Source: Yuukianura sp. NJ FZ-2021
Taxonomy: Eukaryota
Direction of reading: 5' to 3'
DNA: 64,000 nucleotides
Assembly (NCBI GenBank): GCA_046563655.1
Contig: CM102285.1
Location: forward strand, 12,338,001-12,402,000
The notes beneath the pieces are model-generated. The model did not search any database. It was given only the letters and a program-made list of their open reading frames with translations, and was not told where the DNA came from. Below, piece by piece: positions 32,745 to 46,203 of this stretch (position 1 is the stretch's first letter; each line of letters starts with the position of its first letter). The position numbers and the translations under genes were made by a program.

Positions 32745-34250
32745 TTAGCTCTGGATAATTTGTGTCGTAGAGGTTTGGCCAGGGGATGACATTATTGTGC
32801 CTGTTGCTGGCCCTGCCTGGATCACCACTTGTTGATTGCCTTGTCCTCCAGTGGCTCCCTGGAGTTGCATTCGCAGCATCTGCATTTGGTTAGCTGTCAG
32901 TTGGATTGGAACGTTCTGAACTTCTCCGTTGGGTCCAATAACTTGTTGAACCAATTGCAAACTTTGCTGCTGCGGTTGTGGTGCTGTCTGGAACTACAGA
33001 AAGAGGAAAAGAAAAAGATGTAAGTTTGGTATCCAGAATACGGATTGCAATTAATTCAATAGTTGCTGGATTATTGATATTTACCTGAGTACCACCAAGT
33101 AAAACAGTCTGTTGCGGTGCAGTGACCATTGGCTGCTGCAAAACCTAAAAAAATATAAATAATTTAGCACTGAAAACACAAAAACTTTCAGAGAAAAAAA
33201 TGTTTTGGTTAAATTGCGTCCCTAACCTGCCCAGCTCCAGATTGAACCAATTGGTAAGTCTGGAGTCCATTCGGGAGCGTCTGCTGGAGAACTTGCATCC
33301 CACCGGTAGTTGCTTGCTGCAACTGCAAAGCGGTTTGCTGGTGAGCTGCTAACTGAAGGTAGTACTGAAGCTGCAAATATAAAGGAAAACGCGATTTTTT
33401 GTTTATAAGCACTGAGACTTCCAAATAAATACATAAATGGCACAGTGAGTTAGTACTGCGTATCTTACCGGATCAGTGCCAAGAACATTGATTGTTGTTT
33501 TAGTGTCGTCCTTCTTAGCTGGTTTCAATTCATCCCTTGGAACAATGTCGATCAGAAAGTCGAACTGATCGTACTTGGTTATGGCCATTGCGATATCGTT
33601 TCTCTAAAAAAAATCAAAAGAAAATGAAAATTCAATTTCAAATCTGTTTGCTATGATTATTACAGAAAATGAAGATTCATACCTGGAGCGTCCTACGTTT
33701 ATTGTCTTCCGTGTGAATCCAAGCCCTAAGAGTAAGTTCATGTATAAATATTTCGGCAGCTTTTGCAAATAACACGGGCGCTTCAGCACTGATCATCTTC
33801 ACATCCTCGTCCAACTTCATTATTTTCTTGATACGGGCCAGTGGAAGTTCTTGTACCCGTAAATCACTCTGCAAAAATCAAATTAGATTAATCAGAAACG
33901 GAAAGACAAGGTGACATTGACATGAACTAGTCCATGCATCTTTGACGCCGGCACGGCACTTGTCGGAAACAAAGGTCACGACCTTGTCACAGCTGTTCCT
34001 TGATGTTCAACAAATCTACCGCCAAACATTACAACGAGAACGACGATGAGAATCAACTAACTATAGTTATCAATATCGTCTCTCGTCAGAACATTTATTT
34101 TACGAAAGTTTATGATTTACTTACGTGTGTCAGGTTCTTGACTTCCTTTGTGACAGTTGGCCAAAAGTCTTTAAGTTGTTGATGAGCATCGTTCTGCTGG
34201 TTTTGCTGGGATGTTCCGGCAGCTGATGTCGACGGTGTAGGCTGTGCCAT
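32745..34250 (-). CDS. NFYC: Nuclear transcription factor Y subunit gamma
   Basis: [57 protein letters not shown]...[17 protein letters not shown] histone fold, followed by a Q-rich tail. ATG at 34250 (MAQPTPS...FWP). Confidence 0.95.
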
Positions 34251-34886
34251 TTGATTTACTGTTGACCTTGGATGTCAACAAAGTGGACACATGGACTTTG
34301 TTTACAATTTGTAAATTGACTTGACGAGATGTTCCTCCAAGAGATCGGATTGACCAAAATTGGACCAATGAGTCGAATGGCACAGCGTCACTTCCTCCAA
34401 TCTCCGATTTACGCCACTTCCATCGACCAACCAGCCAAAGCCCAAGCCCCCCACCAACACCCACAAAATACATCAGCTGATCACAAGAGCGCCCATTTCA
34501 AATGCAAACTTTCCCTTTTGTCTAATTTGCTTATCTTTTTACCGTTACTTCTTATCACTGTCACTTACTGCGGTAATGAGCCTGTCACGAGGTGACAGGT
34601 GACTCATTCATTTCACAGTCAGCTGAATTCCATTCTAAAGTTCATTCTAAATTAACTTCCAAACTAAATTAACTTCTAAATTACCGGTAAGATCAAGGTC
34701 AAGTGGGGACATTATCGTCCTTCCGTCCACTGTTCCCTGGAGGAATTTCCACAATATTTCTTACCAAGAATTAGTTCAGGTGTGCCTGCTATTTCTAGTT
34801 TACATTCACTGCTATGCTGAACTGAAATTGCATGATTAATTGAATACAGAGAAAATCGTTTGTTACAGCTGGAGTGATTGCACAAG

Positions 34887-37296
34887 ATGGCAGAGTCGTA
34901 CGATAACTTGATATTGTAAGACTTTTGTTTTTGGATGTTTTTGCGATTTCCAGTTTGCCACTGTTCGCTGTATTTAAACTCATGAATTTTTTGTTTTAGG
35001 GTGGAAACTGCTGATAAACTGTTTATACATCCTGGGAATCAGACGAGTAGTTCAAGGTTTCTGGTGATTAATCGTGTAACAGATGAAATTAGTTTAGGAA
35101 GTAAGACTTCATTCACGTTCGATTGTTGAATTGGGTAGGATCGATGATAATGTTTTCTTCTGCTTCTTTTCAGCGGACATCAATACGATTCCCGATTCCG
35201 GGCGGATACGAACGGAGTATATAGCTGGTGTAATTGGTGTAATACGGCTAATTGCTGGTCCGTATTTAGTTCTTGTCAAGACAGCTACGCGTGTTGGTGA
35301 ATTCAATAGTCATGTTATTTGGCAAATGAAACAGCATGAAGTTATTCCATTCAAGAGATCAGATCTGCACATGACAGTTCAGCAGGTAGGACGATCCGAA
35401 CAATCCTTGTAGAAAAGTGGATCAATTCAATTAAAGGAAGAAGTAATTAAGTTTTGTTATTTTCTTTTAGCGCCAATTCAACCAATCGTACCTGGAAATG
35501 CTTGACTCTGTACTATCTACACCTTACTTCTATTACTCCCATACTTACGACCTCAGCCACAATTTACAGTCGCTGAATTTCAATTCTCCGGATTTCTTCC
35601 AGGTATGGGTTTACACTGAAGCGTGCAGTGAATTTCATAATCGCTATGTTTTATATTCGTAGCAATCTGTAGTTGCACGGGCAGACGAAAGATACGTTTG
35701 GAATACATCACTTATCCGAGAATTCCCGGCCAAATCCGAATTCCATAACTTTTGCATCGCGCTGATTCATGGATGTAAGTTTCAAGTGTTTTCACTTTTC
35801 AACTGCTGTATTCCTCACTTTTTGTGATTGTTTTGATATTTTTAGTTGTGTCTATAAGTGATGTGACTGTGAATTCTCGTCGGCTCAAGCTAATACTCAT
35901 CTCTCGTCGCAGTTCCCGACGTCCAGGCACTCGGTACTTCTCTCGGGGAATTGATTCCGACGGCAGTGTTTCAAATTTTGTAGAAACGGAGCAGATCGTG
36001 GACTGTAGCGGCGAAATGTCATCTTTTGTTCAAATTCGCGGCTCTATTCCACTGTACTGGACACAGAAGCCTAACCTACGTTACAAACCCAAACCCACCG
36101 TGGTGCCAGCCAATCATTCCGATGCATTTGCGAAGCATTTTGAAGACCTTGTTCTACGTTATAACCGGATCGTGTGTATTGACCTTGTGAACCAAACAGG
36201 ATCAGAAGCAGTACTCGAGACAGCATTTAGCCAACAAGTTCAGTCTGCCGGCCTACCCAATATTAGATACGAAGCGTTCGACTTCCACCACGAATGTGCG
36301 AATATGAAATGGCACCGTCTTGACATCCTCACCAATCGCCTAACAAATGAACTGGACGATTTTGGATATTTTCTGCAACTAAGAGGTCAGAGGCAGCAGT
36401 CGCAAGAAGGCATTTTCAGAACCAATTGTATTGACTGTCTCGACCGAACTAACGTCGTACAGGGCATGCTGGCGAAAATCAATTTAGAAAAAGTTCTTCA
36501 AGTAAGTGCAAAATTCGTTGATTTCACGCTTTTTCTTTATAAGTTATGGAAAATGGTGATAATGATAATTTTTCTTTGCCAATTTCTCCAGAGATTTGGA
36601 ATTCTTCGTGACCATGAGAAAATCTCGGATCACTCGCACTTTGAATATTTGTTCAAAAACGTTTGGGCTGACAACGGAGACATTGTGAGCATTGAGTATT
36701 CTGGAACGGGTGCACTGAAAAGTGATTTTACAAGAACCGGAAAGCGGAACTTCGCTGGAGTTATGCGGGACGGGTACAACTCTGGCGTCAGATACTTAAA
36801 AAATAATTTCAGTGATGGACATAGACAGGTTCGTGAAGCTTCGATCTCCATTTGCATTTCCATTCCAAATTATTGAATTATGTTAACAATGGTTTCTGTT
36901 TTTGTGGTAGGATGCTATCGATTTGTTTCTTGGCAACTACTCGGTTGATTCAGACGAAGGTAACGCTGTTGTCTGCCCACTGGATAAAAATCGTGATTGG
37001 AAATTCTATTCGGTATAAAATCAACTTGCCTTCGATTTAAATCGATCAGAACGCTAAAGTTGAAGCACTTATTGATTGTATTTCTTGAATTTCAGCTTCC
37101 ACTGCTCCTTTTGGTATCGCTGATAATGACGACCATGCTGGCAATTCTTCCAGCGGAGTACAGCACGGAGAATTTGATGTACCTTCTCTTTTGGGGATCG
37201 ATGTTTCTTGCGTCTGGTGCAGTAATTCTCGCTTTCGGAAGAGACTATGTGGATAACCCTGTGTTATGTCCAGGAAACGACCCGACGGACCATTGA
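34887..37296 (+). CDS. SACM1L: Phosphatidylinositide phosphatase SAC1
   Basis: LISRRS...GTRYFSRGID...NFVETEQ, SFVQIRGSIPLYW, catalytic RTNCIDCLDRTNVVQ, YSGTGALKSDFTRTGKR, and two C-terminal TM helices. Confidence 0.95.
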
Positions 37297-37774
37297 CTAG
37301 GAACAATTGTATGACATTCGCTTCACTTAATTTCCAAACTTTAGTTTCACCTTGAAATTCTGTCTTGCTATTCTAACGCTAACGTATTGTTCGAAATTCC
37401 TTGGTTGGTTTGACCTGTTAATGGTGCTCTGATGCTCATTGAGCTAAAATTTAAAATTATCAAGATTACTGTAATTATGATACGCTCACTTCAAATATAA
37501 ATTCGAGATCACAACAATTAACCAATACCAAAGACGTAGTAAGTTCAAATCAACATTTTTGTCAAGCTAACCTATTTCAGTATCAGTATCAGTATCTTCG
37601 GAAGAGAAAATTAGTAAACGTTTACCGATATTTATTGTGTTTACGCGCAATTCTACGTGTTATCTTTGACTAAGCGTTATTACATGGCTGGCAGTTGTAC
37701 AGCGCTACATATGTAAGTTGAGTTTCAGTGTCAGGCTGACACTGTCAACGCATTTGGGTGTATTGGTTATAATC

Positions 37775-38152
37775 TTAGTGACCTCCTCCATGACCATGCT
37801 GTTTTTCTTGATAGTCAAAGTAGAAGGTAAGGGCGGTAGTGAAAATGGCCGCCACAAATCCGTACCCGCATCCTCGAAAAATTCCTTTCGTAACAATGTC
37901 TCGCCTCGACCATGTTCCGTATTTCCAGACCTCGTTTCTGTAACAAAGTATGTAGATTCCGTTAAATTTATAGTTAAAACAATCAGCTAAATGATTAATG
38001 TTATTCTAAATTTACCTTAGCCAAGGGTCTTTCAATCCTTCTGATGCCAGGACACGTTGGACTCTCACCAAATCCGGAACGTTTTCCACTTTATAAATTC
38101 TGTAATCCGGAATTTTGTAAGGTGGTGCATGTCCATGTCCACCGCCACCCAT
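37775..38152 (-). CDS. NDUFB3: NADH dehydrogenase 1 beta subcomplex subunit 3 (99 aa; exons 38152-38016, 37937-37775)
   Basis: Manual translation gives MGGGGHGHAPPYKIPDYRIYKVENVPDLVRVQRVLASEGLKDPWLR|NEVWKY...FRGCGYGFVAAIFT...HGHGGGH*. GLKDPWLRNEVW is the NDUFB3 signature. Confidence 0.92.
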
Positions 38153-38911
38153 ATTTGCCTTGGGTTAGTACTAATTTGCTGTGAATTAAACAACAATTAA
38201 CTTCAACGAACGCAGTCAGCTGACACTACCTTGCTTGAAAACCCGTTATGTGTTTATCGATGGATGAAAAAACGAAATTTTAATGCAAATCAGCAGGAAA
38301 AAAAAACAAACACAAATCAAGTTCTCACTTTCAAACGTTGGCGCCACGAATCTAGGATTCGAATTATGCAAATGAACAGTGTACTAATACAAACGTCAAA
38401 AAATTGATACAACGAAGGAAACTTTTTGTCAGACCGACTTTCTAAGCTTGATTTTAATTTTCAAATTTTTCAGTTTGCCTTTTAAGTTTGGTAATTACTT
38501 ATTAAAAATTAAACATTTAAATCGCAGTTATACAAAATCCTTAAAAGTTTGTTTGTAAAAGTTAGCTGTTAGTTTAATTTAACATTCGGAAGTTTTTAAC
38601 ATAGCTTTGCATTGTATCAATGTTGGTTGTTAGTTTAAATGCCCTACTCTAGTGGGTGAATTTTTATATGAATTTTGAGTTTCCTGCGTCTGTCTCTCCC
38701 CCCAAACCCCTCCTTGCCTAGTATTTTTCGAGAAGGCAGAAATTTCTATCCTCATCTTCATCTCTTCATCTCTGTAAAATACAAATTCCCTTTCGCTGGG
38801 ATCTAGATTAATAAATTTTAGAGTTAGACAGTTAAATGAGCATAGGATAACGGGATTCTTGGATTGGCAACTGGCACTACCCGCTTTAACAACTTTAAAC
38901 AGTGAATAACA

Positions 38912-40205
38912 ATGGGAGCTGAACAGATGCTGAAGATTGAGCCCGAACATGAGCTCAGATTCAAGGGTAAGTTTGGACAATTCTACATCTGCTTAGATTC
39001 TTCTGTCATCTGTCTCTTTCGGATTAGCAGATTGGTATTAAACAATGAAACAGCTGATTGATGTAATTTTTACAAATAGGTCCGTTCACTTCATCTACTA
39101 CATCGTTTCTGAAGCTTGTCAATCCAACGGATAAACTGATTTGTTTCAAAATCAAAACTACTGCACCCAAACGGTATTGCGTTCGTCCAAATGCAGGAAT
39201 CCTGAAACCGGGCAGTCACCTTAGTATTGCAGGTAGGTAGGAGATCGGCTACCTATTGAAGTAAAACGGGTTCCGTTAATGCAAAGTGTTTTCGTTTCAG
39301 TTGTGCTACAACCGTTTGATGTGGACCCAGCAGCGAACAAGCATAAGTTCATGGTGCAGGCCATTTTCGCACCAGATGGAGAAATAAATCAGGATGAGCT
39401 GGTGCGTTTCGTTCTGAATACGTAGATTAGTTTATTACAAAAGCATTTGAATAACTTTTTTGTTTCTTTTGGTCTGTAGTGGAAGAATACATCTGCTTCG
39501 AGCGTAATGGAAACCAAGCTTCGGTGTACCTTTGATGTCCCATCTGAGGCAACTAACGATCAGGCTCACCACATTGGAACACAGGAAGAGAAGGTCACTC
39601 GGACAAGAGACAAGGCCGAGTACGAAGCCACTAAACCAGTGCGTTCTAGTGATGTAAGTTTTAGATGACGTTATGATTTAGATGAGTTTTCTGGAGAGTT
39701 GATTGGGGGCTGAATGTGGATGAAGAATTGATTGCGTGACACTTATAGCGCAATGGTTGCCATTGTTTTAAATAATTATGATTGTGATGGTTAGGCTTAC
39801 CACAATCTAATCCTTTTGTATCTTCATTTATAGCCACAACCTACGGAGGAATTGAATGGCGAAGAAATGGAGCGAAAATTGTTGCAGGAGAACATACAAC
39901 TTAAGGTATGCGTTAATTATGATTTTAACGTAATTAGCTACCTATCAAACCTATGTATATCTGCAACCAAACAATCAAGATCAAGGAAATGCACGACACA
40001 AATAACACATTTCATTTGTGGTGTGTAGGAAGAGGTTGCGAGACTCCAGCGAAAGATGAAGAGCCAGAGCCGAGCCGGTACCGGTGGTGAAGTCGTCATG
40101 CAGTCGTCAGTGTCCCAATCTCCGCAGTCGAACTTGATGCTATTCTTTGTCGTGGCCATCCTTATGGCCATGGCCGGACTGCTTGTAGGGAAGTTCGTTC
40201 TCTAA
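38912..40205 (+). CDS. VAP: Vesicle-associated membrane protein-associated protein (VAP-A/B, VAP33), multi-exon
   Basis: [22 protein letters not shown]...[19 protein letters not shown] (MSP consensus), KHKFMVQ, coiled coil, C-terminal TM ([11 protein letters not shown]). Confidence 0.93.
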
Positions 40206-40618
40206 CGCTATGGAACTCAGCTCTCTCTGCACTTCCCTTCTCACAATCTGATTATTTGGGCGTCAAGTTTACCGTGGTTCAGTGGAGTTTAAAACGTAAT
40301 ATTAACATTGCAATTTCCCAAGTTGTCTCTTTTTCTTCACATTCTCCTCCTGCCATTCTTGTAGTAGAGACAATTGATGATTAACTCTTAAGGATTCGAA
40401 GCGCATTTGCTGCATATAATAAGTGATAAGGATTTGATTGAACCTCAATTTCACAATTACTCTCCTCTTTTCAGTTCATTAGCCGGCAGAATTATTTAAC
40501 TCTAGTAAATTAAACAATACGAAAGTCATCAAACTTAAACCGCATTACAATCTTTGGTATTTGCATTCGTCGGCTGTATTTTTGCTTCCTTTATCAATTA
40601 TCAAACGATTAGTTAATT

Positions 40619-42998
40619 TCATACCGAGAATGATGTTGTCGTTGAGTTGATGGCATTGTAGATAAGCGTGTTATCCAACGGGATGTATTGAGACGTAACG
40701 ATTTTAATCACTTCCTGCGCAGCACATCCTCCTAAAAGAGAAAATACTTCCAGTACTTGCAAAATACTTCCACGTACGGGCAACGCTGAACTGTACACCT
40801 TTTGTTCGTGAATCTGAATATGAACGTACCGATAAATGCAGCGACAGACGGAACTTCAGCTCCTCCTGAACGACAGATTTCGTGAATGAAATCTTCTTTG
40901 ATTGTTAGCGAAGAGTTCCATTCATTGAGCAACTTGGCAATCAATTGCTGTTGGAAAGAAGAGATTTTGTACCTTTGCTGAGACTCAACACTTTAGCATA
41001 GTGAAATGCAAACATTGCGATAATGATAAGGGAGTTTAACTTACCTTGAATCTAATTATATCTGGTTCGTAATCGGCCAATGCTCCAGGAAAAGTGTTGT
41101 ACTCCGAGAAGAATCTTAATGTTGCACGTAGAATGAGGTAGTACATCTTGTCTTCCTCGCAATCTTCAGAGTTTTGTGCTAAAAATGCAGAAAGACATGC
41201 ATTAAGATAATGTTTTGCAGCTAATATGTTAAATGTCATACTGTTTTACATAGTTCGTGCAGTAGAGTTGTGGGACTAGACTCCAATTCTTCGTAAATCG
41301 GTGTTCCCCGAATTAAAGCTAGGTTGTAGGCCTCTTTGCAGAATAAGCGCATATCATCATGTCGAAGTGTTAGTTGATTATTGGGACCAGAACGCTGAAT
41401 TACTTGTTGACAGTATCCGAAAACGTCATCGACGTCTTTGCTTGCCTTCTCTCGAAACCTGCAAACGAAATTGCAAAATTAAGCTTTTGTATATTTTAAG
41501 CTTACTAATGCAAACATTGATAACACGATTGAAAGCTTACACATTTTGTAGTGAAATGTATTTTTGCGACTCTGCTGTCATGTCCGGTAATGTGCCTCTC
41601 AATGGTAACTGACCATTTACCGCTACGAATTCCTTGAGGCCGTAACACATTGTCCAAAACTTTGATTTCTGAAATAGTATTCACATCGTAGTTTACTTTG
41701 ATTTGATGAAACGAATTACTCGATGAGATTCACGATCTTACTTTGCTTATTGCTTACCTCTGGAACGCTGCTGACTTTCGAGTCACTTAAAATGTTTTGC
41801 ACTGTGGTCGGAATTTCAGTTGTGTGCAAGGCAGTATTCACGGCATGAAGCGTTTCTTCGAAAGATTCATCGCCATCGTGCAGACCAAGGTCTTGTAAAT
41901 CTGAAAAATAAAGTTTCATTTCATCTTAATCATAGACTAATTCGTAATATGTCATTCATAACTTACATTTTCTCAGAAACTCCTTGAATTTCCGCTTCTG
42001 ACTGCTAGGCATGCGGGAAGGATGAACTTTGTCTACGGTGTCCATCATGGAGTTTCCGTTGTTCTTTTGTTCGGGGTCGTCATTATGCCCTTCGGCCATG
42101 TAGGACTCAATACCTTTGTAGAGCAAAACCAACCACGGAGTCTTCACAACGTCCTCTCGATCAGACAACTGAATACTTTTCATGTAATCGACAAGTTCGG
42201 GAAATGGAATGTCCAGTCTCAGGTCGTCAATTGTATTGTCCGGATGGGATTCGATAACTGGGTGCTCGTTCAACTGAACCCGAATCCATCCAACTAATCC
42301 AATGCAGTGGCAGTAAATTAGTGGCACTTTTTCCTTCCAAAGAGCTTTTGACAGCAATAGTAAAGTTCTGCAAAGTAAAAGAACATGAAAAGTTGATTTT
42401 CACGAAACTAAGCGAAGTTTTTTGTGCTTACGCTTACTTTTCAGACAACTGAGATCCAATCACTGCACTAAAACTGGAGAAAAAGTTTGGGTCTTGAGCG
42501 AGAATATTCTCTGGAGTGTTGTCAATTGATTCACCACTGACATCAGGATTCAATTCGAGTAAAAGCTGAGTAGCACTCTCACCGCGGTTCTTCCCAAGGC
42601 AATCGATATCCAGGAAGAAGCTTCAAAGTAACAAAAGAAAACGATGACGTTCCTTCAAAATTATCGACAAACTCAACTTGTAGTGCTTTACTTGTTGCCA
42701 ATATCTTCGTGGTTAACAGTCCTCGGGTCAACAATGGTGAAAGATCCGCATCCCGGAAGAATCAGAGCCTTAAGAATTTCCGTTCCAGTGGCATTGGCGT
42801 TGATGAGACAGATTCGGCTGCCCTCGAGTCGAAATTGTCCATGGTCGCCCCATAACCTATAAGCAAAACAATTCATTCAAATAAAAACCAAAATGAAAAA
42901 TGTTGTTTTTTGAATTCCAATTACCTCAATTGACGATCATACTTCTTGGACTTCTCTGAAAGTTCTGGAGATTTTGGAGACGGGGATGCTGAGGCCAT
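40619..42998 (-). CDS. NAE1: NEDD8-activating enzyme E1 regulatory subunit (APPBP1)
   Basis: [17 protein letters not shown]...[31 protein letters not shown]...[14 protein letters not shown]...[18 protein letters not shown]. Confidence 0.93.
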
Positions 42999-44016
42999 CG
43001 TATTTGCCACCGGTATATCCACCTTCGATGATATCCTCAGTTTGTGACAAAAGAGTGTCGAATCAGTTTATCTCCGTTCCTTAGCAGTGGTGGTATGGGT
43101 CAAAGATTAGATTATCGTGACCAGGAAATTTTAACGTCCCTTAATGATTTTTCGGTGGAATTGAATTAACTTTGACTTGTAATGTCACTCACCAACCAAA
43201 AGCCTAAAAAAAAATACAGAAATCAGCAGATTATGAATTTGAATCATCAAATTACCGGCGATTGCAAACCTTTCTAAAGCAGCGCATTGTCTTCACTTAC
43301 AAGCATGGAGTATGTGAACTAATTCATATAATAATCAACTATAATCTTATGTTAATTATTTTACCTTCGCCAGTGACGACACGACAATCAGTGAGATGAG
43401 AGAGAGCAGTGCTTCTTTTTCCTTTCTTATTTTTTTTAGCCAAAAAAAGGAATTTATATTTTTGAAATTTTCAAATTCAACTTTTTCCCGCCGCTGACTC
43501 CCTACCCAGTGAGGGTAGGAACCTTTTTAGTTCGCATAATCTCCGGATTACGGAATACCCCTAGTCGACTTCGAAGTTCGAAGCCCGAGATCCGCGTCGT
43601 GGGGACCCTGTAAACACCGCCGCACCAACCACACGGAAAACACTGTTACCAATACTGCATGATTAACGATTACAATTTTTATAATGATGAGGATTAATAA
43701 TTAATATGACACTCATCAGTGTTCTTATACCGTACAATTTAACTTTCAGCTCATGATTTTAAGACAAAGCGAAAGCAACAATAACTAAAAGTCATTGCAC
43801 AAGCGATACCCGAATCGGATTTAATTGTACAAAATTGCCGTAAAAAGTGAAACGATGTGTCAAGTTCTACAAAAGATAAAGTTTTCAGAATACAATTAAA
43901 AAATATTTTTAAATTCGTAATTTTCAAATTTGCAACAAGTGTTTCTAACGAAGGTTAAAATAAGTTAAACGTGAAAAGCACGATTACGGATTGCACCGAA
44001 TGTATAAAGGTCACAC

Positions 44017-46203
44017 TTAAATTGTGTCGATTCTTTTCTTGAGATTGTACATTTTGAGCAACATGGCTGCAATAATCTGTAAATCAATCCATCATTGTTC
44101 AATGAACCAAAAATTCATAAAATCAGAACATTTGAGAATAAGCCGGAAATTGAATCGCAGTTACTTACGACTAGTGTCGCTAATCCAATAATGAACAGCG
44201 TTCCCATACGAAATCCAACTTCGTCGTACAAGATGCCTGACACGGTGGGTCCAATGGTATTTCCCAAAGAAAATGTAGCAATGTACAAACTGGACACCAA
44301 GCCGTAAGTGCTTGAGTCATCAGGAAATCCTTCCGCACTAATCAAAAACTACTGTTGAATTTTTTCAAACTATTTTTTTTTTGAAAAATACAGCTGAATT
44401 AAATATTGCAATTCTTACATCGCTGCCTCCAGTGCATGGTGGTAAGCAGTCATAATCGCACCACCAATTCCAATGTTCATCACAGAGTGACCTACAAATC
44501 CTGTCCAGGCAGCACTGGCAAAATAAATACAAAATTTTGAAAATTCTACATTAAAATTTTCAATTTTTGAATTTTCAAATTGATTGAAAATTTTTGATGT
44601 TACGTACGATTCATAAGGAATGAATGGCAGTGGACCAAGGAACGAGTATCCGACAATCAGAATCAGTGCAGCGATCATCATAATGTTGGATTTGGAAATG
44701 ATGCGATGATCTGCCAGGTAGCCCCAAAGTGGACAAAATACTGTATACACGGCAGTACCGCTTGAAAATAAAGCTCCCATTAAACTTGCACTGAGGTAAC
44801 TGTACTGAAATTTTGAAAATCCACAAATTAGACATTTGGCATCATCCAGGACCTTTGACCTTTTGATTACGTGAAGTGAAAGTGTAGCAGTAACAAATCC
44901 GATTGAAGCTGATGTCGTTGACAAGCTAAAAATGACTAGCAGAACTGTCGGAATGGTCAGCAGCTTTCGAAAACCTGGACGACCAATCCCCGGAAGTGTT
45001 TGACTGTCAGCTACTTCCGAATCATCAGAATTCAGCGTTTCAGCGCTGACGGAGTTCCGCTGTACTTTGGGCACAAAGAGGAAAATTGCTACACCAGATG
45101 CAATGATACAGAATCCTAAAATTGCGTAGGTCATGGTGAATCCTATGGTCTATCAAAACAAAATTTGAAGTACATAAAGAAATTTTGAAAACCTAATTTT
45201 CAGAGTTTCGAAAAATTTGAAAAATTCTTTCTTTTTAACTCACTTCCATAAGGATTCCACATACAGCAGGACCAAGAATTGCTCCAATTCCGAAAAATAC
45301 TTCGAAAATTGCCTAAAATATTAAAAAAAAAATGAGAATCTTTTTGCAATTAATTTGGAATTTTGAATAATTTTGACTAGACAAAATTACGACTGCTGTT
45401 GAGATTAATCCAGGAGCCTCCATGGAGTAAATTGTGAAACATGCTGGATAGATTCCTCCATCGAAAATTCCAGTTACGACTCTCACTAAAATTGACGCTC
45501 CTACGAACAACGTCCGATTTTGTATCAACGCGGTGCATCTGTTTTGAAAAACGAAAAACAACTACTTTGAAAAAAAAAACATGTTACATTTAAAAAAAAA
45601 ACAACTAATTTAACACCGAAAATTCTTACCCGAATAATACAGCACAAATTCCAATTCCTAGAAACGAAATTGTAACAACCCTTTGCGGTCCAATTGTGTT
45701 TAGCTAAACCGAAAATCAAATAGTATTTTTCGAACCTTCAGCAAAATTTTGTTTTAAAACTTTCAAAATTTCAATTTTTCTGAAAAGCTTACCAGTTTCT
45801 TTCCATAAAGAAAAGACACGCAAAATATAGTAAAATCTTGAGATGCAAATACAATTCCAATTTCAGTTGCTGTTGCTCCTTTCTCACTTGCCTTCAAGTT
45901 CAACAAAAATTGGAATTTTCAAAATCACAAATACTCCGAACACTTCAAACAATCCAAATTTAAAGTAAAAAATCAAACTTTTAAATTTTTAGACGTTTAA
46001 CGAACCAGTGGTGGATAGAATGGGCCGCCAATGAGTACCACCGCAGCTCTGAAGATATTTGCCAATCCATAAAACGCGAAAATCACAATTTGCTTTTTCG
46101 TAAATTTCATGACGACTGCATCCTTGACACGTTTTGCTCCAGAATTTTTGGATTCCTCTGTTCGTATACTTTGCTTTACAATTTCTGTTTCCATTTCTAG
46201 CAT
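44017..46203 (-). CDS. MFS-type transporter, SLC18B1-like, multi-exon
   Basis: Multiple TM segments; GPFYP, GPAVCGILME, PLWGYLAD, FLGPLPF, GFPDDSSTYGLVSSL...LGNTIGPTVSGILYDEVGF. Confidence 0.8.

Noticed and set aside
39654..39833. Possible C/D snoRNA in a longer VAP intron
   Set aside because: Only partial box C-like words and a CTGA, with no terminal stem. Insufficient evidence.
43619..43640. CGCACCAACCACACGG resembles, from memory, the CR-V-proximal sequence of vertebrate MRP RNA
   Set aside because: It is followed by AAAA rather than GGCU, and no CR-I, P1, promoter or terminator could be found. Treated as coincidence.
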